Positions 53,277 to 64,000 of a stretch of 64,000 nt of DNA are shown one piece after another (positions within the stretch are counted from its first letter, which is position 1; the number at the start of each line of letters is the position of its first letter). The stretch is from Lingula anatina. Its lineage: Eukaryota; Animalia; Brachiopoda. Where the stretch lies: positions 19,096,001 through 19,160,000 of the forward strand of contig CM120646.1 in the NCBI GenBank assembly GCA_051362555.1, in the 5' to 3' direction. The translations under genes and the position numbers were made by a program. The notes beneath the pieces are model-generated. The model made no database searches, was not told the DNA's origin, and saw nothing but the letters and a program-made list of their open reading frames with translations.

Positions 53277-53282
53277 AATAAA
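53277..53282 (+). terminator. NPHS1: Candidate nephrin polyadenylation signal (3' UTR of about 3 kb)
   Basis: AATAAA preceded by TGTA elements at the end of a U-rich, UTR-like region. Another AATAAA lies at about 53060. Confidence 0.4.
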
Positions 53283-53758
53283 TTAACCATGACATAATTA
53301 TGCCTTCCATGTTAGTTATTTGGTATTGATACATCAATTGATAAATTTTAAATGTAGGTCTATATGGGTTACAAATTTTAAGATAAAAAAAAACATTGAA
53401 AAATATCTTTTATTCCTTAGACCAGAACTTGACCATGTACATGCCTTTCTTTTAGCTTTGTTGGTACCACTTTCTTCCCCTTTCACCACCCCCAAAGAAA
53501 AAATAACATAACGCCAGTGCAGCCCTGGTTACAAAATTTATAACTATAACAACATATAGCATTTTTCATATGACATGGGACCCACTGCACTTAAAGAACA
53601 CACTCCTTTAGGTGATATTGCTGACATATTGATATGTGACACTCCTCTCAATAATATTTTAATGCCTTACACTAAATACCCAGAACAATCAAGAACAGTT
53701 TGACCACAATAATCAAATTATTTCTTAAGATAAATAATAGATAATAAATAATAGATAA

Positions 53759-56221
53759 GGGTCAAAACACGGTATTTGAAATGTCTCTGACGGGACATTT
53801 TAGAGACAATTTTAAAAATTACAGTTGGTAAATGATCCACATGGTTACTTTTAAATACATTTTTATTTAGCTAGACCATAAAGGATTATGTAAAACAAGC
53901 TGCTAATTTGTATTGAAATTAATGTGGGAATGACAATCACTTAAAGGTCTGTTTCTGACGGGACATTTTTGACCCCTGTATTTTTTTACTAAAACTCCAA
54001 TGCAAAATTCTCTTTGAAATTTCATTTAATCAAGACCTTTGTGATTCATATTGCAAGGTACAAGTCTTGGGAAGCAATTAATGCACAAACAGACCAGTTT
54101 TGTTTACTTTCCTTGGCAGCATGGGCTGTTAAGTGTAAAAAGTCACTGTCTCTGACGGGACGTCTCTGACGGGACACTTTTGGGCACTATTGAAAAATCT
54201 TAGAAAAGAGGTTTAAAAAGCAACATTTTTGTATCTAATGAATCTTACTTGAGGGTTATTGCAAAATAGCATTTCTGTACATTAGAAAAATCACCAGATG
54301 CAATATGTTTAGAATATTAATTAATTATCATGACACAGCGATAAGGCACAGTATAATTTTCACGTAATCCACTGTCCATTACTCCTATTTCTCAATATCA
54401 ATCAACATTTTCCATGATAGTTCACATGATAAATCCTGTTTTTCAATTAGTCTAAGAACACATATCTTTTCTGCACTTTAGAGATTTTTTCAACCAGTCA
54501 CATTAACAGGTGATGGAAACAAGTAAAGTCCATGAGTGTCTATGCTAGGCATTGGAAGGACTTCCTTTGCATCTTTTATGGGAATCCATGCTTTGTTTTC
54601 TGTGGCAGGGTACACAAAGTTTCTTTTGCCAGAACCTTCAGTACGTAAGAAACTGACTTCCACTTCGCCATCTTCAGTGTCATGGGTGACCTAACCTAAG
54701 AATTTGTTTTACTCCTTTCCTGGCAGCAAACTCCGCAATGACAAAATCTCCCTGGTAAGACTGAGCTGTGCACGTGCCTTGACCGACATTGTCATAGTGC
54801 AGATGTGCAGGCAAATCAAAGTCCCCAGTCATATGAATAAGTTTAGTATATTAAGAGGGTTGCTGGTACAAAGAATTGGTTGACACAAGAACATGTCCAC
54901 GGGGCTAGGGCTGGGGCTGAAGCTGTTGGAAGTGTTGAATTCCTGGAACAGATGGACAGTTTTCCCAACGACTATTGATGGGTGCGGTAGCTGCTACAAT
55001 ATCTGCTGCAGACAGGTACATTACGTTGACATTGGGGCATAATTCTTTGCCAGCCAAATAGAATTGATAAGGTGTATCTACAACCATTTTTCTCTGGAGC
55101 ACTGCTCTCCAAACCTGATGTTTCATTTCCCCTACGATCCCATCCACTGGTTCTTTGCCATGGGCAGTGGTATAAAAAGTACCACTGCGCTTCCATACCA
55201 AAATCTGTTTCATGATAGTACCATGTTTAGACAGTAAAAACCAACTTTTGAATTGACTGGGGGCTCGGCTCAGTCTGACCAGTAATGGACTTTGCTGAAT
55301 GATTGCTGGTGTTGGAGGTCTTCGAGAATGGCCTTATTACAAGTGAAGACAGACTGTTTGTTATGGTGCAGATCATCAGATACCACAACATATGGTTGGA
55401 GCTGGAGGTCTCCTTCAGACTCTGTTCTAAATCATACACATGCAGTGAACAGAATGACCTGCTCACAGTTCTAGTGCTCTGACATGATCTCTGACGGCAC
55501 ATGTCAACACCTAATCACTGACAGTCAACCTAGCTAATAATCAGTAATGGTTAATGAATTACCCAGTAATGATCAGTTGCAAAAGAAAAACAAGAAATGT
55601 AACACACCAGAACACTTGAAAATGATTCAATTGAAGATGTAAAACCTTGTGTTTCACATCTGTCAGAAAATGTCCCGTCAGAGACAGAAAATGTCCCGTC
55701 AGAGACAATGATAAAATGTGGCAATAAATTCACTGTAAATTGTTTTAATTTTGTAATTTTTAGCTATAATCATTACTTATCATTATTAAAAAGAGGATTT
55801 TAAGTTTCATTTATACAACCTACCAGATGTGGAAAATATGAAAACTTTTCGAAGTCAAATGTCTCTGACGGGACACACCACTCCTAGTGCTAAATAATTT
55901 TTTACTCAAAATAAGTGATATGTGGCAGTTTTCTATGTTAAACTATTACTTCTGATTAGTTTAACATATTTGGTTGATAAAAACTTGAAAAAACAACCTA
56001 ATATCTGACTCAGGCCAATATGACCATGTGTCCCGTCAGAGACAATTTTTTTTTTTCCTTTTTGTTTCCCAGTGGCTCACAGAAAAAGTACTGGGAGTAT
56101 ATCAATGAAACTTACTTTATCTGAAAATTTGATTTGTTTTCTACAAAAATGTAAAAATTTTAAATTTCAATGAAACAAAAAAAAATTTGACACCCATGGC
56201 ACCGTTACCGTGTTTTGACCC
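53759..56221 (-). mobile_element. Decayed Sola2-type DNA transposon, 2463 bp
   Basis: Perfect 16-bp TIR gggtcaaaacacggta / taccgtgttttgaccc and 4-bp TSD ATAA. Repeated subterminal motif tgtctctgacgggaca in both orientations, and internal transposase remnants. Confidence 0.8.
54490..55470 (-). pseudogene. Disrupted Sola2-like DDD transposase (C-terminal half)
   Basis: Fragments QVILFTACV*F..YVVVSDDLHHNKQSVF..KVHYWSD*, SQFKS, TTAHGKEPVDGIVGEMK and EVEVSFLR..FVYP, with stops and frameshifts. The N-terminal part is missing. Confidence 0.75.
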
Positions 56222-56370
56222 ATAAATAATAATAGCACGATTTCTTTCCTTTGACCTTTCAACATTACATAACGAACACGTTCAATCTTTTAAGAACTAT
56301 GTTTGTATCTTTCATTGATACACACGAGGCTATTACAATCTACCTCAGCAGTGGAATAGTTGTAAATGTT

Positions 56371-56591
56371 TTACATTTTTTCTATATCTATATAAGAGTT
56401 AACAAAATCCACCCCATGATCCCCTGGGGCTGATGCCACTGCTTTCTCATATTTCATAAAGAACTTATCCACAATGGCGGATTTTTCCTCTGAGCGAGAG
56501 CTATCCAGACCTGAGAGAAAGGTGGAATTGCTCCAGGCGCGTGTGGATTGGACAAACCGTTTGGCATGATTGGCTGCTGCCTCTTGGTCGT
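56371..56591 (-). CDS. Methyltransferase duplicated terminal exon 8b (intact)
   Basis: ttgtctgttccag acceptor. DQEAAANHAKRFVQSTRAWSNSTFLSGLDSSRSEEK..YIDIEKM* is paralogous to 59109-59332. Confidence 0.7.
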
Positions 56592-57085
56592 CTGGAACAG
56601 ACAAATCCATGGTTAATTACCGTAGACAACTCATGGTTCACTCAAATCTTAGACTGGCTTTAAAATCTATTAGAAAGCTAACGTTTTTATTACTTTAATA
56701 TATTTTCATAAACAAAACTATATTCTTGTCACTTGAAGACCAAATATGTTCGACCAAACTTCACTCAGAAAAACCACAAGTTACCTCTTATATGACCGGA
56801 ACTTTTTTAACTTGTGATTGTCATTATCCATCAAAATATCACTACTAATTAAAACAATAGCCTCTATCCATATCGCCAAGACATTCTTGATATTGTTGAT
56901 ATATACATTTGACTCTGCATTTGACTCTGGGAAACAAATGAAATGTTAAGCGGCTTACTTACCATATTCATGGTCATAGACTAGTAAAAGAATACAATTT
57001 CCATATAGCAATATTACAACTAAAGACGTGGATAGAATAAGTGGAGTGGATAGACGCATTTAGGAAAGAACATGCACGGACTTAC

Positions 57086-57260
57086 CCCTCTTTCCTTTCT
57101 TGATCAATTTCTCGTGAAATGGACAACGCACCACTATTGTTTCAATGGCCAGCAACTTTAATCCACTTTTGCACACAGCAGAATTCTGGTCACAAAATGG
57201 AGCTCTGTATTCCTCCACTGTTCGGAAATACAAGTTGAAGTTTGTGTTGTCAAATTTCTC
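57086..57260 (-). CDS. Methyltransferase duplicated exon 7b (intact)
   Basis: ctttttacag acceptor and g|gtaagt donor. Same 175-nt length and phases as exon 7a. EKFDNTNFNLYFRTVEEYRAPF. Confidence 0.7.
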
Positions 57261-57639
57261 CTGTAAAAAGGGCGACATCTGCACAGATATGTCTAAATGA
57301 CGAAACTGTCAAAACTCTATACGTCCCACGAGCCTTGGGATCAATTAAGTAAAAATTTCATAATCATAATCATCATAATTTCATGTTAACTTCGACCCAA
57401 ACCTTTACTTTTAATTTCTCCAAAAACACCTATGGCAGTTTTGTGCAATTTAACAACATTGTACATTTTGAAATAATTTTATATCAATAGACATCACAGT
57501 ATCCCTCTGCTTATCACTTTAAAAAAATTATAGTTCAAATTCAAGAATGAGCCATTTGAGAGTTCCTTCTGTTATCTCCTCAAAACAACGAATCATTGGC
57601 CTGCTTCGTCACACTAACTATTACATATCCCAAACACTC

Positions 57640-57811
57640 TTTTTTGTGTATATCTTCCTCTGTCTCCATCTCCTCCTAGTACTTTGTAAAGTTATATTCC
57701 CCTACCTGTGTGATCTCTCCCTCAGTGACCGTCTCCTTCCAGTACTTGTTAGTTATGGTCCCCTACCTGTGTGATCTCTCCCCCCAGTGACCGTCTCTTT
57801 CCAGTACTTGG
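57640..57811. repeat. Three tandem copies (about 62 bp) of the methyltransferase exon-6 3' end and donor
   Basis: cccctacctgtgtgatctctcc..cagtgaccgtctc..tccagtacttg occurs twice, plus one decayed copy. It reads KYWKETVTEGEITQ|gtaggg on the - strand. Confidence 0.8.
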
Positions 57812-57814
57812 TAA

Positions 57815-58940
57815 AGGCCCCTTTACACTGGACGGCGTCCTTTCTGCGTCCTTTCTGCGATCAAAAATGTGGTCAGGACGCTCAACGGTCGCCAAAGCAA
57901 TTAAATCGTGTCTCAAGTGTAAAGGCGTCTGCGTCCGCTGTGTGTCCTTTGAACGACCGAATCTTGATTTTACCTGTGAAACTGCGAGCAACCTGTGCAT
58001 CCACTGAGCAACCTGCCTGCCTCCCCTGTGCGTCCCTTGCGCAACCCACGGCGTCTATTGCGATGTTTGAGCGATCACTGGGCATTCTTGCTGCGTTCTC
58101 TGTACCTTCATCGGCGATCAGTTGCGTCCATTCTACGATCATTCTGCATCCTGCTTGACCGATGACCGTTGTTTGGGCGTCCTTCTCAATATTCTAGCTC
58201 ATATTTTTTCATCGGTTCTAACCAGATCATCCAATTAAGAACATTTCCAGCAAACAAAACAAATAAATGGGAATAAACGCTTTGAACTATAGTGGTGCAA
58301 GGTCTGCATGGAATGATGATCAGCCAGATGTTCATTGTTATCCTTATAAGAAGGATGGACAGGCGCCGAAAACGAGAAAGTATGGATGACACAACATAGA
58401 ATGTTTGAATCCGTTTTCAGATGACGCATTCTGCAAAAAGTTCTGACAATCACTGCATCTTGTAAAAAAAAAGGCAAAATATTCGTTTTATAATAACCTC
58501 CAAAAAACGGATCGGTTTATGAATCTTAGGGAAAAAACAATCGGAGGCTGATATGTGACCACTGTTGCCCTTAGAATTCCTGTCTGGTGAAAAATACCTC
58601 AGCAGGGCCCCGTTTGAGAGTAAAAAATAATGTTCTACGTGCCGAACACTGGATGATCTTTGAGTTTTCATTCTGCAACCAAAGCGATGCTTGTGCCTCC
58701 TTTCTACGACCGCGGCGAGGCTTGTGCGTCCTCTCTGCGTCCATTGAGCGACCTTGCAGCGTCCATCCTCCATCGCGTTCTCTCTGCGACTGTTTTGAAC
58801 ATGCTCAAAACTTCGCGGCGTCCATAGCGTCCTCTGCGATGCTTGAACGTTCTTTGTGCAATCTTTGCGATCACTGTACGTTCTTTGAGCGTCCGACGGC
58901 GTCGGACGCAGAAAGGACGCCGTCCAGTGTAAAGGGGGTT
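57815..58940. mobile_element. Young non-autonomous PIF/Harbinger DNA transposon, 1126 bp
   Basis: TAA TSD (57812-57814 and 58941-58943). Perfect 33-bp inverted match cccctttacactggacggcgtcctttctgcgtc. CpG-rich, with repeated tgcgtcc subterminal motifs and no recognisable transposase. Confidence 0.88.
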
Positions 58941-59108
58941 TAAGTTGCTGTAAATACCAAACAGAACCAGTGTAGCACTGCGTTTAACTGATATAAATGT
59001 AGGTCAGAAAATACTATTTCACCATTTCCCAAACAGAAGATATCACACACAAACACACAAACTGTAAATGATAAATATTGATTGCATCATCATGACATGG
59101 ATGATACT

Positions 59109-62100
59109 TTATGTTTTTTCTATGTCTATATAAGCATTTACATAATCCATCCCATAATCTTCTGGAGCTGATGCCACAGCCTTTTCGCACTTCAAAAAGA
59201 GCTTATCCACAATGGCGGCCTTTTCCTCCTCTGAGCGAGAGCTATCCAGACCTGAGAGGAAAGAGGAGTTGCTCCAGGCGCGGAGGGATTGGATATACCG
59301 CTTGGCATGGTTCGCTGCTGCATCTTGGTCACCTAGAATAGATATTGTTTACAATTGATCACATTCTACTATTTATTGACCTGAACAAACAACTTAGACT
59401 GGTTGCACAAAAGATGAGTAGAAAGTTTATATTTTAATGTTCAAGTTAAAACTTGGAGCTCATATTCTTTTCTCAATTTTGACTCAGTGTTCCAAATAAT
59501 CAGTAGTGAAAAAAAATGTGAATAAAATAGGTCGAATGGATAGACACATACAGAAAAAAACATAACAAACCCTCCCCTACGCTATTGGTCCATTTTTCGT
59601 GAAATGGACAACGCACCACTTTTGTTTCAATGGCCAACAACTTTAGCCCACTTTTGGACACGGCAGAGTTTGGGTCACAAAATGGGGCGCTGTATTCTTG
59701 CACAGTTCGGTAATACACGTTGAAGTTTGTGTTGTCAAATTCTTCCTGCAAAGAATATGGTAGCATAAAATTAACTTTTTATAGACAACTATATTTTTTT
59801 TTATATTTTATATGAAAAAATGATCGTAAACTTTACTTTCCCTGAAGTTTGGGTTTGATGAAGTTCAAAATGGCTGCCAAGCGTTATAGTTAAGCTATAG
59901 TTCATAAACTTCATCTGACTATCCTTGTGTTTCGCACCTCAACAGCACTATATTCCAACGCACTCAACACCCCTTTCCAGTAACTGTTAAAGTTATCCCT
60001 TCCCTACCTGTGTGATGTCTCGCTCAGAGACCATCTCCTTCCAGTATTTATTAAATGTATGGCATATATTCTCCTTGATACTCCTTAGGCAGTGCCCTTC
60101 CTTGTCTAAACACAAACTCATGACAATCATTCTTCCACCTGAATACTGAAAAAATACAGAGAAGAATAGCGGACATGATAATTTATCAATGAACGGAGGT
60201 TAATAGGAAACCTGAGCAAACAATAAATAAATCTCGACAACAACTGTTTAGATTGATAAAAAAAGGATTTAAATCAAATAACTTAATTACTCTTCTGGTC
60301 GTTCCATTTCTTAACCAGCAATTTCTGTGAGCTCTGGTGATTTATTTGAAGGATGACATTATTAATAACTTTGATGTACTGATACTGGAATGGTGCCATA
60401 TTGTATAGCAGATACATATACCTGATTTCAACTCCATAGCTCTAGCCAAGAGTATGGTCTCCCAGTCTTTGGCAGCCTGGGCTTGGAATAGAGCTTTCTC
60501 CATGGGATCGGTGATACAAACATGAGTCAAAGCTCCAGTGATTCTACAGGGTCTGAAAATGTGTTGTGCGTGGTTCTACATATTGTGTTAATGCTTGTTA
60601 TTTCTTTCATTTGTCCAATACAATAACAATTCAAATTTTAATTGTTTTACTTTTATTGTTTTACAAAACATTTCATAAAAGTCTTTCTTCTCTTTTTAAG
60701 GACAGATAGGTAGATCTAGACCGATGGATTTAAGAACTTTTGAAAAAACATTAATATTATCAAAATATTAACTTTTACAATGTTTTAAATATCTTTATGG
60801 AATGTGCTTCAAAGTCAATGATTTCAACATCTATGGACATTTTAGTTAAAACGACAAAGATTACTCAGTGGTTATTATGGTATTTAGCATGATCATTCCC
60901 AGAATGAAAACAAACTAAAATACCTTGTGGAAAGCCAATGCATGGCAGTGAAGGACATTCCAAAGTGCAGGCTACCAGGAGGCAAACACTGGGAGTAGAA
61001 ACTGGTACCACTGGCCAACACATAGACATTGTCAAACTCCTGCATGTAGGATGGTGGGGAATGGCTCAGCAAACCTGGGTTTGTGTCAAAACCATTATGA
61101 TATTCTGGCATTTAAGTATATTTTCCGTTTCACGCACACTATCACTTCATGGCACTATATTAAACCTGTTAAACTAACATCAATCTTTCTGTCGCTAAGG
61201 AAACACGAGCCTGCGTGCCGACGTCATTTATGGTTGCATGTCGTCGACCTTTGTGTCTCACGTCCCTCAATGTATTCTTCGAAATGCTACGATTAACTGT
61301 TCAATTATTTTTGAAGTAATAGGGCTAAGTACCTGCCATGTATTCTAAAAGCGGTGACTTGCATTCAGCGCTAGTTCCCGCAGAGTTAATACGAACAACC
61401 TTGTACCATAGTTTCATTGTGAATGTACTCTTACTGCTTACCATGTATTCTAAAAAACAGTGACTTGAAGTCATTGCAAGGCTGGTCCTCATACACCACT
61501 TGAAGGGGCAGGTCTTTGCCATGTTTTTTACGCAAAAGTTCTGAAAAATCAAAAGTACAATGGGTGTATTAATTTAATTATCAAACGATATAAAAACTAC
61601 CCCTCACATTTATCAGTCATTCTGATCGATTTGAGTTCAGTTGTGATTGGTATCCTAATAGGCATGGATCAATGTACATTAAACAGGTAATACTAACTTC
61701 AAACCAATGTCAAATATAGATATACATAATAATTTAATATCCGAGAGAAAGTGCTTTTTTCATAGATTGTTTTGTCAAAACTGTCATTACTGCAAGGTAA
61801 GAAAATTCATGAAACAAATGAAACAGTCTTTTACGGAATGATGACGAGAATTCGTGTTTCATATCATCTTTCGGAGGCACGTAGATTAAGTGAAAGTCCA
61901 TTCGAACGAGATTCAGAATTACAGCACAGCAAAGATATGATTAAAACAATTACCGATCATCATCTTGAGAAGAAACATAGAGGTCCCCCCGTCTGCAGTT
62001 CCGAAGTCTGCAATAATAAATGGAGCGTCCAAACTTTTCACTGGCACTTTATCTAAAAAAAATATGGAAAATATAACACTATACCGTATGCTGATATTAG

Positions 62101-62524
62101 CAGACAGGAAATTAGTACAAACAATCAAGCATTTGGGGGTGGGGGGGGGGGGAACATACCATAACTTAATTGTTTATACATACTTTTTATGTCATATAGC
62201 CACGGATTTAGTGTCAATAAGATCGGATGTCGTGGTCCACAGATAAAGTATTCAATGCAAACAATTCATCTTAATAGAACAATGCATTTTGAGGACCATG
62301 TGAGTGGTTGTATATATAATATTTCAATATATCTTGTCCAGAGCATTGAGGACCATAAGAGAGACTGTATATTTGATATTCCAATATATCTTACCCAGAG
62401 CATTGAGGACCATAGGAGTGGCTGCGTCTATAACTTTAAAACATCCAATACTGCTGTCACTGAAAAAGCCAGAGCCTTCCTTACCATAGGGTATGTGACT
62501 GTGGGGCACCTGAACGTCTGCCAT
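59109..62524 (-). CDS. SAM-dependent carboxyl methyltransferase of the SABATH / Methyltransf_7 family (8 exons, 379 aa)
   Basis: Phase-consistent exons 62524-62395, 62052-61954, 61540-61442, 61074-60924, 60552-60422, 60138-60008, 59745-59571 and 59332-59109 (1140 nt). Motifs IADFGTADGGTS, EDQPCNDF, SGTSFYSQCLP, AMHWLS, QAAKDWETILLARAMELKSGG and YYRTVQE. Confidence 0.88.
62280..62440. repeat. Three tandem copies (57-bp period) spanning the methyltransferase exon-1 donor
   Basis: ttgaggaccat at 62289, 62346 and 62403, each preceded by atatctt..cagagca-like sequence. Confidence 0.8.
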
Positions 62525-62992
62525 GACTGCAGTGTAAGAAATTTCTGTTCTTACTGAAATCACAAACTGATATCGTTAAAGAACCTATGTTCTTAATATG
62601 CCACCCTGGACGAGTCAGATGACAGGCCGTTAGGTAGGTCTCTTATTGAACCACTCGGGTGACCAAGGTTCACTGGTATCATGTGAAAGCTCATTTAGTC
62701 AGAATTCAGTTTCTGTGTGGTATAAACAACGGCTTTTATCTTGTAAATAGTCAACTCCACAATTAATTTTGTTGATTTCGTAAGCAGTGACAATGGACAA
62801 TCCAGTGTTGCATTACATGCGTATTATGTAGCCTTCTGTATATCTATCACACACTCGACTAGAAAGCTCTCCGAAAGGCTGGCACTTCCCAAGGGCAAAA
62901 TGTAAACAAAAATAAATGTAAACTTGGATAAATTGTCCGTTTTTGTTTGTTGACCCTCTCGCTCGTCCAACATCGTTTCTGGTCCCACTCAC

Positions 62993-63155
62993 CAAATATT
63001 CATATTTCTTTTGATTTTTGCTTTGGCTGTCTCGTCTGATTTCCATTGACATATTTCATTTTGACCCATATCTGTGCGTGCTTTGAATGGGCAAATTAGC
63101 TAAAAAATATCAGGTGACTATGAAATTGCAATGTGGTTTATCTGTTCACGGTTGC
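62993..63155 (-). other. Candidate upstream 5' UTR exon of the methyltransferase
   Basis: Strong ttg|gtgagt donor at 62993/62992, gatttcag acceptor at 62554 just upstream of the ATG, and a TATA-like catataaac at about 63181-63189. The 5' boundary is a guess. Confidence 0.35.
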
Positions 63156-64000
63156 GCGACTTGTAAAAAATTACATCCACGTTTATATGCAATGAACACG
63201 ACCCGCATATACGACCTATAAGGAAGAACGCAAATTTGAGTGGAGAACAAGGCCCACTTCCTGTAGCAATGCCCTAAATATGAAAACATGCAGAGAATCC
63301 AATGCAGCAAATAGAACAAAACACAAAACATACCGGGCAGTTTATATCACTAGTGCAAGACAGAATTCATGACACAATAAAAACTAGCCAAATACATAAC
63401 AATGCAAATACATGCAATCGACATAGATCAGCGCTCTATAACTCGAAAGCATCGCAAATTGCGACCACACACAACCATAGCGATCTATCGCTATTTGCGA
63501 TGGCGATTGCACCCACCTGCTAACTCGGAGTTTTAGCAAACGCGACGCAATATTTACGTGTCTACAAATTTAGCCTCGAACTCTACTATGGCCGCGTAAA
63601 GTAAAGACGTCTAGCACAATTACACATAATGAAATTTATTTGATCATATGATAATCAAGAAATTATTTTCATTTAATAGAAATATCACAATTACAAATGC
63701 TGTTCTACCAGACAATAACCGACACTGTATAACATTAAGCATAAAACAACACAAACAACATACATAAATGCATATGGACGCAGTTAGTGCACGAGTTATT
63801 TCGAACCATTTTCAATCATTTACAACAAACATAAATAATTAAATAATTAAATCATAAACATAAGGAGACTCTCTCCTCACCAACATTTGTATCATCTCTT
63901 CCTTTTATATATAAAAAGTAATGTGGGATACCACATCCCAAACATATCTTCCGAGCTCATCTCTCCCGTACCTAAGGAAACACAGAGAAACAACCTCCCA

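Noticed and set aside
53780-56045. Repeated 16-mer tgtctctgacgggaca as a CRISPR-like array
   Set aside because: Irregular spacing, both orientations, eukaryotic context and location inside a TIR element. These are subterminal transposon repeats.
57749-58943. Multiple overlapping ORFs in the GC-rich block
   Set aside because: They lie inside the non-autonomous Harbinger element and have no DDE or Myb/SANT motifs. GC richness explains the open frames.

Overview
This is AT-rich, intron-rich animal genomic DNA. It is probably a non-insect invertebrate such as a mollusc or other lophotrochozoan; that assignment is inference. The main feature is a complete + strand nephrin/Sns/SYG-2-like gene (CDS 15495..50274). 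By manual splicing it has 23 core exons and about 1315 aa: signal peptide, 9 Ig-like domains, FN3, transmembrane helix and a cytoplasmic tail ending RGHLV. It has a 20.5 kb first intron and two candidate cassette exons, one of which can switch the C-terminal reading frame. A CpG-rich promoter near 14.3-15.9 kb is probably shared with an unidentified - strand gene running off the left edge. Downstream lie a decayed Sola2-type DNA transposon (53759..56221) and a - strand 8-exon SABATH/Methyltransf_7-type methyltransferase (59109..62524). An intact duplicate of the methyltransferase's last two exons (56371..57260) is separated from it by a young non-autonomous PIF/Harbinger element (57815..58940). 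Also present: MITEs, microsatellites, template-switch inverted repeats, a divergent CTCF-like motif pair, and decayed intronic copies of exon ends at many splice sites. All gene models were derived by eye, with no expression data or database search.
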